Origin: Candidatus Saccharimonadales bacterium
Lineage (GTDB): Bacteria; Patescibacteriota; Saccharimonadia; Saccharimonadales; UBA10212
Assembly (NCBI GenBank): GCA_040900055.1
Contig: JBBDZU010000006.1
Span: 19 to 64,018, forward strand
Direction: 5' to 3'
Length of the DNA: 64,000 nt
Shown here: positions 49,426-57,112 of the stretch, piece by piece
How positions within the stretch are numbered: position 1 is the stretch's first letter
Layout of the letters: each line of letters starts with the position of its first letter
Translations under genes and position numbers: made by a program
Notes under the pieces: model-generated
Seen by the model: only the letters and a program-made list of their open reading frames with translations
What the model was told of the DNA's origin: nothing
Databases searched by the model: none

Positions 49426-50697
49426 TCATTTATCGATAAAATCTCGGCAGAGCCGCTCAAAAATGGCATTAGTCCAACCAAAACCTGTTTGGCTGGGGTA
49501 AAGGCCTTTTAGCGGCGGCCGGCCAGGTTGCACCACATTATATTTTTCTAAAAATACACCGTGCTTATTAAACCAGGCTAGGTTGGTTTTAAGCCATTTG
49601 TTGGCAATTCTTTTAGCATCTTCGTGATAGCCGTAGCGTTTTAAGCCTTGGATGACTATAAAGTGAAGCGGCGCCCAGCCATTGGGGTAAGCCCATTGCG
49701 TTGGCAAAGCCCCCGGAACTAGCTGGCCAATCGGCATCGCGTCGGTAGCTGCTAGTCCACCTTTATTTTCGAATTTTTTTAAAGAGCTAACTAATTTAGC
49801 GGCTTGTTTTTCACTGGCTATCCCAGCCCACATTGGGTAGTAGGCTGCTAATGATGCCACATTGCCGCGGTCGCCCTTAACATAGTTATAGTCAAAATAA
49901 AGGCCCCTTAAGTTACTCCACATTAAGTGGTTTATAGTCATCCGGCGGTGATGAGCAGCTTGCTCCCACGCTACCGCCTCGGACTCATTACCAAGTAGTC
50001 GCTCACAGTAGGCAAAATCACGTTCATATTTATAAAGTAGGCTGTTTAAGTCTACGGGCAGATAATTTAGGCTTTTTCGGCCAAAGCGCGGTGTTAAGTC
50101 CCAACCGCTTTCGGTTTCGGCTAAGTCGTTATTGTAATTTACGTCAAAATAACGGCTTAATCCAGAGTGGACTTGGCGAGCATTTGGTTTGGTACGCCCA
50201 AGCCAAACCGTGTGATATTCGGCCTGGGCAATTTTAATGACGCGGGCCAGCCACTGCTTATCCATGTGGTAGGTTTTGTAAACATCCAAAATAAAGCTGG
50301 TCAAAAATGGTGGCTGTGAGCGGCCCATTAAATAGGTGCGTGAAGCATTAGGAATAATCTTAAATCTTTCAAATAGATAAAGCAGATTCTCCAATATACC
50401 GATGACTAGATCTTTATTCTCAGTATCTAATAAGCCCTGGGCCATAAAATAACTGTCCCAGTAATACATCTCGTTAAAGTCAAATTCGTGGTTTGGCTCA
50501 TAGGCCGGCACTAAGTAAGGATGGGACAGGCCTATTAGACTATCGCTATCATTGGGGTTATAACGAGTAAGTTTGGGCCAAAAAATTTTGATGTAGTGGC
50601 GAGCAGCAGCGACAGTCTCGGCATTAAGATCTACATGGTTTCGGCGGGGTAATGTAGTTATTTTGGTTTTAAGACGTTCAGAACCAATTAGCGCCAT
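49426..50697 (-). CDS. treA: Trehalase (glycoside hydrolase family 37)
   Basis: 423 aa. Matches to both GH37 signatures ('NEMYYWDSYF', 'QWAYPNGWAPL') plus 'SQPPFL', 'ESGWD' and 'GFGWTN'. Shorter than typical trehalases. Confidence 0.8.
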   Translation of the reverse strand: MALIGSERLKTKITTLPRRNHVDLNAETVAAARHYIKIFWPKLTRYNPNDSDSLIGLSHPYLVPAYEPNHEFDFNEMYYWDSYFMAQGLLDTENKDLVIGILENLLYLFERFKIIPNASRTYLMGRSQPPFLTSFILDVYKTYHMDKQWLARVIKIAQAEYHTVWLGRTKPNARQVHSGLSRYFDVNYNNDLAETESGWDLTPRFGRKSLNYLPVDLNSLLYKYERDFAYCERLLGNESEAVAWEQAAHHRRMTINHLMWSNLRGLYFDYNYVKGDRGNVASLAAYYPMWAGIASEKQAAKLVSSLKKFENKGGLAATDAMPIGQLVPGALPTQWAYPNGWAPLHFIVIQGLKRYGYHEDAKRIANKWLKTNLAWFNKHGVFLEKYNVVQPGRPPLKGLYPSQTGFGWTNAIFERLCRDFIDK

Positions 50698-50741
50698 TCC
50701 TCAAGACTAGGCCAAGCGTAAGCACTAGTCAATAAAACACT

Positions 50742-51638
50742 TTATATATCTAAGTGCCTGGGGTCTTTATACGGGTCCTGCCCGACCATTGTTCTTAAAA
50801 TAAGTTTGCCTATTGCTATTGAACTTAAAATTCTATGTGTAATCTTTTCATAGCGTTCATCAGATATAGAGTCCCAGACAATCTGAGATAATTCGGGGTT
50901 TTTATCGATATCCATTTGTTTTTCTATTTCATCGATTTCTGACTGCAATATTTCTTGGCAATGCATTACCACTTGTTTAACACGCCACGGGTATTCAGGG
51001 TCTGCATCTTCGGTTAGAGAATCTACGTACTTTTTAAGTCTGGGTTCCTTAGAAAGATAAAAAACTAGCCTATTGATATTTTGTTGTTTACCCTTATCAG
51101 TGCCAGTAATCATTTTCAATAGTTCACCCTCGTCGAAACCTGCTTCTTGTAAATATCGCGAGGAGGTAAACAGTTGCCCTCGGTGTATGCTATCTGGGTC
51201 TAACCCTTGACGATAAGCGGCTTTCACATAACTCCAAATGTGCTCGGGTTCAATATATTGAAGCCCGCCTAACCACCTACGCATTCTATTAAAAACTTCA
51301 AAATAAAGACTCTCAGCTGTATATGGGTTTAGTTTGCTTAAAATCTCGGGTCCTAACTCCTTAAGATGGTCGAGAGATATATCATCGGCTCGATGTAGTC
51401 CAATCCTGCCTAGAGCTTCTGTTATTCCTTCAGCTAATTCTGACAGGGATCTTTCATTTTCACTATCTATATCAGCTCGGTATAAAATACTAAGATCATC
51501 ATCTCTAGATCCTTCTGGCAGGTCGCCCGTTTGCGCTAACGCTTCGTCAACTCTTTCAATATCGGGCCTAACGTCTTCCAACGAATCGCTATCAGAATCG
51601 CCCGCAGGCTCCTGGGGAGAGCCGTTTCCTCTTTCCAT
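50742..51638 (-). CDS. Acidic hypothetical protein
   Basis: 298-aa ORF with an Asp/Glu-rich N-terminus. No motif recognised. Confidence 0.45.
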   Translation of the reverse strand: MERGNGSPQEPAGDSDSDSLEDVRPDIERVDEALAQTGDLPEGSRDDDLSILYRADIDSENERSLSELAEGITEALGRIGLHRADDISLDHLKELGPEILSKLNPYTAESLYFEVFNRMRRWLGGLQYIEPEHIWSYVKAAYRQGLDPDSIHRGQLFTSSRYLQEAGFDEGELLKMITGTDKGKQQNINRLVFYLSKEPRLKKYVDSLTEDADPEYPWRVKQVVMHCQEILQSEIDEIEKQMDIDKNPELSQIVWDSISDERYEKITHRILSSIAIGKLILRTMVGQDPYKDPRHLDI

Positions 51639-51869
51639 TATAATATTATACCAAATTCTGGTATAAATTGCAAGTTAGTAGTGCGACCGGACTAGACTTT
51701 GGGTTTTTTAGGCTTTTTCTTCTCTTTACGGCCTTTATCTTTAGCCATCTTCGAATCCTTTTTTCGCTTATCCTTAAATTATAGCCCAAAAATGGTTTGC
51801 AGTTGTAATAATTCTAACTGTTGGGATTTGCATCTGCCGTAAAGTTAAAATATAGAGGGAGAAGCGGCC

Positions 51870-52136
51870 ATGATTTTACTAAAGAACCCACCCCAGCTAG
51901 ACGATGTTAGAAACTTTATTGCTAAAGTGCCTCAATATCCTATTTCCGCCCAACAGGTCTTAGCACTGGCCAAAAACAGCCGGGCACCACAAGAAGTTAT
52001 TGAGCTTTTCTCCATCTTCCCGGCCGATACCGTTTTTACCGACAAAGATGATTTGACCAGCCGTTCCGAGCTAGTTTCTATTTTAGAGAGCCAAGACGAA
52101 GCCGAGAACGACGCTTTCAACCCGGAAGAAGACTAA
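51870..52136 (+). CDS. DUF2795 domain protein
   Basis: 88 aa. 'YPISAQQVLALAKNSRAPQEVIELFSIFP' fits the DUF2795 pattern. RBS AGAGGGAG lies upstream. Confidence 0.55.
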   Translation: MILLKNPPQLDDVRNFIAKVPQYPISAQQVLALAKNSRAPQEVIELFSIFPADTVFTDKDDLTSRSELVSILESQDEAENDAFNPEED

Positions 52137-52147
52137 CAAGGTTAACC

Positions 52148-52705
52148 ATGAGCCGCCTCGACGAGGCTTTTGCCAAGATAGATCGGCGCCATTTTGTTGT
52201 TCCGGAGTATAAAGAGTCGGCTTATGCTGATGTACCTTTGCCTATTGGCCATGGCCAAACCATTAGCCAGCCTACCACCGTTAGAATGATGCTAGAGTGG
52301 CTGGACGTTCAAGCCGGCTTTCATATTTTAGATGTTGGATCCGGCTCTGGCTGGACTACGGCCTTGTTGGCTTACTTGGTCGGTCCGCGCGGCCATGTTT
52401 ATGCCGTTGAGCGGATCCCGGAACTGGTCGAGTTTGGTTCGGATAACTGCGAAAGGCTTGGAATCAAAAACGTCACATTTTCTCAGGCCGGGATGGATTA
52501 TGGCTTGGAAGATTACGCTCCTTATGACCGTATCTTAGTTAGCGCTGCTGCCGATAAAGTCCCAAGCGATCTCCTGTACCAGTTAAAAAGGGGCGCCAAA
52601 ATGGTTATCCCGGTCCATAACGACATTTTGGAAATCACCAAACAAACTAGCGGCAAAACCGTTACCAAAACCCACCACGGTTTTGTTTTTGTGCCTTTAA
52701 TTTAG
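52148..52705 (+). CDS. pcm: Protein-L-isoaspartate O-methyltransferase
   Basis: 185 aa. 'GHGQTISQP' and SAM motif 'ILDVGSGSGWTTALLA'. Confidence 0.85.
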   Translation: MSRLDEAFAKIDRRHFVVPEYKESAYADVPLPIGHGQTISQPTTVRMMLEWLDVQAGFHILDVGSGSGWTTALLAYLVGPRGHVYAVERIPELVEFGSDNCERLGIKNVTFSQAGMDYGLEDYAPYDRILVSAAADKVPSDLLYQLKRGAKMVIPVHNDILEITKQTSGKTVTKTHHGFVFVPLI

Positions 52706-53893
52706 CTACTTACTTAACCGCTGCAGACCGAAGGGCTGTGCGTCTGGTGTAGACTCGCCCAGAATTTGACTGGTGATTATTTGGGCAGCTGCCATAGCCC
52801 AAGCCAACCCCCAGGCTCGAAAGCCAAAGGCGACATAAATATTGGGGTGCTTGGGATAAGCCCCAATGTAAGGCAAGCGGTCATAGGTCATATTATCGCC
52901 AGCTATCCAGTGATAGACTGCTTTTTTAACTTTAAATTTTTGGTTAACGTCCATTAGCAGATTCTGGTAGTGCTCATCTTTATCGTAATCCTTAGTCATT
53001 TTGTGGCTTTCTCCACCAAAAATTAATATTTGGTCGTTTTTATATGGGTGCGATCGAATCGAGCGAATTGGATCGTCGGTCGTGATATACATGCCTTGCG
53101 GATAATGCCCGTCAATTATTACCCCCAGCGCGTAAGACAGTTTGGTCCAGGTAGCGTCTGCAAATATATTTGGCTGCCAAAAAGGATACTTGGTAGCCTC
53201 AACTAGGTATTTAGCCGTAACTTTTCCATTTTTGGTCTCTAGGGTGATTGAGTCACCTGGCTGGATAGCCACCGCCTCGGTCTGCTCAAAAATCTTGCCG
53301 CCGGCACTTACTAGCTGATCGGCTACACCTAGTAGGAACTTGCGCGGATGAAACTGGGCTTGATTAGTAAATTTAATGGCGCCTTTAACTTCAAATGGTA
53401 AATCGGTTTGGGTCTCGAAACTGGCCGGTAAACCAAGGCTTTTGGCCGACTCTACTTCTTTTTTAATATCGTCGACCTTGTCTTCTTCATTACTATAAAC
53501 ATAGGCATCACGGCGGGAGAAATCACAATCTATGCTTAAGTCTTTGGATAAATTTTCAATATCATCAATCGCTGTTTGGTTGGCGTTGGCAAAGGCTAAA
53601 GCTGTCGTTTTGCCGAATTTATGAATTAGGTAGTCATAAATTAAGTAATGCTGGGAGGTTAGCTTGGCAGTGGTATTGCCGGTAGTGTTCGCAATTATGC
53701 GGTCTTTTTCCACAATGGCCGTCGACAAACCTGCCTTTTGTAGAAACCAAGCCGCCAAAATGCCCGTAATGCCGCCGCCAACGATAGCCACATCGTAGTT
53801 ATTGCTAGTTTTAGGCAGCTTTGGATAGTTGGTGTCGCTGGTGGTATCTATCCAAAGCGAAGTATCTTCGCCTATAGAATGCTTACTCATCAT
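52706..53893 (-). CDS. FAD-dependent oxidoreductase (DAO family)
   Basis: 395 aa. N-terminal dinucleotide fold 'DVAIVGGGITGILAAWFL'. DadA/glycine-oxidase-like length. Confidence 0.8.
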   Translation of the reverse strand: MMSKHSIGEDTSLWIDTTSDTNYPKLPKTSNNYDVAIVGGGITGILAAWFLQKAGLSTAIVEKDRIIANTTGNTTAKLTSQHYLIYDYLIHKFGKTTALAFANANQTAIDDIENLSKDLSIDCDFSRRDAYVYSNEEDKVDDIKKEVESAKSLGLPASFETQTDLPFEVKGAIKFTNQAQFHPRKFLLGVADQLVSAGGKIFEQTEAVAIQPGDSITLETKNGKVTAKYLVEATKYPFWQPNIFADATWTKLSYALGVIIDGHYPQGMYITTDDPIRSIRSHPYKNDQILIFGGESHKMTKDYDKDEHYQNLLMDVNQKFKVKKAVYHWIAGDNMTYDRLPYIGAYPKHPNIYVAFGFRAWGLAWAMAAAQIITSQILGESTPDAQPFGLQRLSK

Positions 53894-53958
53894 TTAAAGA
53901 TATAAAATGGCTGCTCTTGTAACAGTTAAAAACCGTACAGCTTAAACTCAGGCTTATT

Positions 53959-53977
53959 TGGTGGAGCTGGTGGGTAC
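53959..53977. repeat. Second copy of the ssrA 3' terminus (19-nt direct repeat of 54138-54156)
   Basis: TGGTGGAGCTGGTGGGTAC occurs identically at 53959-53977 and 54138-54156. A 10-nt inverted partial copy, GTACCCACCA, lies at 54086-54095. Confidence 0.85.
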
Positions 53978-54137
53978 CCGCAGCTATCGCTGCTTCACTT
54001 TTAGTGATTAACATATTACGAGCAGAGCCCGTATCTGTAATCACTCTTGCGTATTGCCTCTGGCAATCCTCACCCTCACGGGGCAGTACCCACCAATCAG
54101 GCCAACAAAAAAACACCAGTATAGACTGATGTTTTTG

Positions 54138-54529
54138 TGGTGGAGCTGGTGGGTACTACCCCCACGTCCGATTGATAACAGGCTAAGCGACTACAGGTTT
54201 ATATCGTTTAAAGTTTCTTTGCTTTATAAGCCCTTGGAACGATCAAAAAAGGCTTTAAGCGCAGTCCAATAAGCTTAGCTTCTCGCGGCGGACTACCACG
54301 AATAAGCGCAGTCAGAAATATGACACACTGCTAGCCTATCTGACATTGGTTAGAGTATGGCTCTAGACTTAAGCTAGAGCTGGTGCGAAAACCGGCATGC
54401 GAAACATGCTGGCTACGCGATCAAATGCTTTGGCATTTAATGTTGTTGCACTCGGCTAACGTGCAAGTGCGAACCGACCTGCCGCAAAAGCTTGTTAAAG
54501 TTCAACCGTCGAGCTTAAAATTCAGCCCC
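54138..54529 (-). ncRNA. ssrA: tmRNA (ssrA)
   Basis: Minus strand starts GGGGCTGAATTTTAAGCTCGAC and ends GGACGTGGGGGTAGTACCCACCAGCTCCACCA. The acceptor GGGGCTG/CAGCTCC includes a G3:U pair. An internal tag frame GCC AAA GCA ... CCA GCT CTA GCT TAA encodes ...PALA. About 392 nt. Confidence 0.8.
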
Positions 54530-54537
54530 GTTCGAGC

Positions 54538-54566
54538 ATTATATCATCTGGTATAGTACCAGTCAA
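54538..54566 (-). promoter_or_regulatory. ssrA promoter TTGACT-17-TATAAT
   Basis: Minus strand reads TTGACT-GGTACTATACCAGATGA-TATAAT-GCTCGAAC-GGGG(tmRNA 5' end). Confidence 0.6.
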
Positions 54567-54591
54567 GACCTCAAACAGCCCTTTTGTCAAG

Positions 54592-55023
54592 CTATAGGCG
54601 TTTGGAGAGTTTTTGGACAGCGTAGTCTAGCATTTCGGCTTCGCCCTGGTTTAGCAATTTCATAAATTCGGACTGCTGTTTTTTGAGTATTTTTAAGGCT
54701 TTATCGTAGCGGGATTGGCCCTTGCTGGTTAAAATAACGTCCCGCCGCCGACCGTCTTGTTTATTTTTAGTGATTTTAACTAAGCCGGCCTGCTTCATGG
54801 CTTTAAGCTGGCGGCTAATATTGGCCTCGGTTTGGTTGAGGTAAAAGGCGGCAGCCCGTTGGGACATAGCAGAGTCAGGTGATAGTACACTCATTATCCG
54901 GGCCTGCGACAAACCTATGCCTACCTTCGAGCTTAAAAGCTCATCTGATAAATGTTGTAAAACATACGTCAAGTGGAGCAGGGGAGGAAAGGAGCCACGC
55001 TGGCCGGATCTAATATTTGCCAT
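54592..55023 (-). CDS. MarR-family transcriptional regulator
   Basis: 143 aa. Winged-HTH pattern ('MSQRAAAFYLNQTEANISRQLKAMKQAGLV...DGRRRDVILT'). Confidence 0.8.
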   Translation of the reverse strand: MANIRSGQRGSFPPLLHLTYVLQHLSDELLSSKVGIGLSQARIMSVLSPDSAMSQRAAAFYLNQTEANISRQLKAMKQAGLVKITKNKQDGRRRDVILTSKGQSRYDKALKILKKQQSEFMKLLNQGEAEMLDYAVQKLSKRL

Positions 55024-55086
55024 AACGCTAATGCTATCAGGTAAATACTTAACAAGTCAAGTAATTAGCGGGCAGGGGGCTAAATT

Positions 55087-55887
55087 TTAAAGCAGGCTGC
55101 GTAAATCTTTCTGGACAGCGAATTCAATATACAGTTTGTACCACTGGGAAAAACTTAGAGCCTCTGCCCTAAGGTCGCCGTTCACCTCGGCTTTTGCTAG
55201 TATTTCGTCGGCTTGAGCCTTTTTAATATTGAGTCCGCCAGCTAAGCTGCTCCGCAGTTTTTTGCGGCGAGCCGAAAAACCGGCCTTAACTATTTGAAAA
55301 AATAACTTGCTATCTAGTTTTTCGAAAAGTGGCTTAGGGCGCCGAGTTAAGATTAGTAGCTGCGAATCAACTTTGGGAGGCGGTTCAAACAGTTCGGCTT
55401 TAACCGTTAGCCCTAGCTGGCAGTCATAATAAAGTTGGGCACTAACGGATAGCAGGCTCATTTGGCCGGGCTTGGCGCAGACCCTTTTTGCGACCTCTTT
55501 TTGGACTAACAGCACAATCAAAGCCGGCGGATTAGCCGCTTCGGCCAAAGCCCTTAGCAAGTGGCTAGTGAGGTAGTAGGGGATATTAGCCACAACCTTG
55601 TAGCCAGCCGGCAAGCTGCCAAGATCAAATTTTAAGATATCGGCGGCAACAACTTTAAGCTTTGGTGAGCGAAAATTATGCGCCAGGCCTTTGGCTAGCC
55701 GTTCGTCTAGCTCTACTGCTACCACCTGCCCGGCTCCCTCGACTAAATGTTTAGTTAAAAAGCCTAAGCCCGGGCCGATTTCTAAAACCGTATCATTTGA
55801 GGTGAGTTTGCCAGCCTTGGCGATTTGAATCAGCACCGAATTGTCTTTGAGCCAGTGCTGACCAAGCGATTTTTTAGGATTCTCCAT
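55087..55887 (-). CDS. rsmA: 16S rRNA (adenine1518/1519-N6)-dimethyltransferase
   Basis: 266 aa. 'KSLGQHWL', SAM motif 'VLEIGPGLGFLT' and 'NIPYY'. Confidence 0.9.
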   Translation of the reverse strand: MENPKKSLGQHWLKDNSVLIQIAKAGKLTSNDTVLEIGPGLGFLTKHLVEGAGQVVAVELDERLAKGLAHNFRSPKLKVVAADILKFDLGSLPAGYKVVANIPYYLTSHLLRALAEAANPPALIVLLVQKEVAKRVCAKPGQMSLLSVSAQLYYDCQLGLTVKAELFEPPPKVDSQLLILTRRPKPLFEKLDSKLFFQIVKAGFSARRKKLRSSLAGGLNIKKAQADEILAKAEVNGDLRAEALSFSQWYKLYIEFAVQKDLRSLL

Positions 55888-55894
55888 ACTGAAA

Positions 55895-57112
55895 CTACCT
55901 GTTACTCGGTGGGAATTGGCTTAATCCTAATTTTTTATAACAGCCGGGGTGTTGGGTGGCTAACCCGCCGGATGAGCGGTTGGTGTTAATAATCACAGCA
56001 CGGTCTTGAACAGACGGTGGGGCCAAATCGGCCCGTGCGTAACCGGTGTTTAAGCTATTCCAAGTTGAAGACGCAAACTGATAAGCTCCGTAATAACCGT
56101 TACCAGTATTTATTTGATAGTTCCCGCCGGCTTCACACTGGCGTAGTTTGAGCAGCCAAGTTTGTAAAGAGCCGGCAAATTCCGCTGCCCCAACGGCCAA
56201 AATCCTGGGTACTGGATTGGAAATAACCGTAACTTGCAGACGCTCCCGGCTAATCTCTCTGCCGCTTCTAGTCTCTATCTTGTAGGTGACCACCCGTTTG
56301 CCCGGCACGCCGTCTTGGCGGACAGCAGTAGCCCCAAAGGATAGCCTTGCATCGTTAACAGTCTGGGTTGGGGCCGCTATAGTCTCTTCTACCGTAATTA
56401 CTTGAATGCCGTTTCTAATCAAAGAGATGGTCATATTGGCAGAAATGGCGGTATTTAAGGCTGGCTCGATGGTGTCGCCTTCGGCCGGTTTAACGCCTTT
56501 TTCGGATAATAGTTCGCCAACAGTTTTTTTATGACTACGGACAACAAGTTCCTGGCCGTAAAGCTTTAAATTTACAGGCGTAGCACGCTCGATAACTACT
56601 TTCTCGCCAATTACGTTCTCGGAGACTGAGCCTTGCTCAAAGCGAACGTTGTCTTCTGGGTAGAGATTAACGCCGGCAGCTTGGGCAGCCACCCGCGGAC
56701 TTTTTTTAGCCGTTAAAGTAACATTTTTTAGGCCGCCCTCTACAACTGTTACCGGGCGAGCGCGGTATACGTTAATCCTAAAGTTATCTTCCGAAATAGG
56801 TGTAGTCAGCGATGGCTCAACGACATCCTCGGAGATTAGGTTTAGGGGTAGCTTGTTTATCAAGTCACCGACTGTACCTTCTTTAGTTGTCAACGTACGG
56901 GTTTGACCACTGTCCGATAAAAAAACTACGTGCGATTGGCTCGGCCGACTTAAGCTATCGCCACGTGTTAACCAGATGCCGCCAATTAGGACTAAGCCTA
57001 AAAGCAGCCCAAAAACTGGGGCAATGTATGGTCGCCTGTGAATATGTTGCCCGCTAGTTGCTCGAGCCGACTCGTAATGCTTGACTAGTTTTTTACGGTG
57101 GAAAAATCTCAT
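55895..57112 (-). CDS. rpfB: RpfB-like protein: DUF348 repeats, G5 domain and a C-terminal Rpf-type transglycosylase-like domain
   Basis: 405 aa. N-terminal TM and a G5-like segment ('DGVPGKRVVTYKI'). The C-terminal 'CEAGGNYQINTGNGYYGAYQFASSTW' matches the Rpf motif (CESGGNW..NTGNGYYGGLQF). Confidence 0.75.
   Translation of the reverse strand: MRFFHRKKLVKHYESARATSGQHIHRRPYIAPVFGLLLGLVLIGGIWLTRGDSLSRPSQSHVVFLSDSGQTRTLTTKEGTVGDLINKLPLNLISEDVVEPSLTTPISEDNFRINVYRARPVTVVEGGLKNVTLTAKKSPRVAAQAAGVNLYPEDNVRFEQGSVSENVIGEKVVIERATPVNLKLYGQELVVRSHKKTVGELLSEKGVKPAEGDTIEPALNTAISANMTISLIRNGIQVITVEETIAAPTQTVNDARLSFGATAVRQDGVPGKRVVTYKIETRSGREISRERLQVTVISNPVPRILAVGAAEFAGSLQTWLLKLRQCEAGGNYQINTGNGYYGAYQFASSTWNSLNTGYARADLAPPSVQDRAVIINTNRSSGGLATQHPGCYKKLGLSQFPPSNR

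Noticed and set aside
51692-51748. 18-aa Lys-rich minus-strand ORF (MAKDKGRKEKKKPKKPKV) with an upstream AAGGA
   Set aside because: It is too short and too low in complexity to support as a gene without conservation or ribosome-profiling data.
53883-54272. ORFs 53883..54116(-) and 54054..54272(+)
   Set aside because: They lie over the ssrA 3'-end repeats and the tmRNA body. They have no RBS, and their translations follow the repeat sequence (WWSWWVL...).
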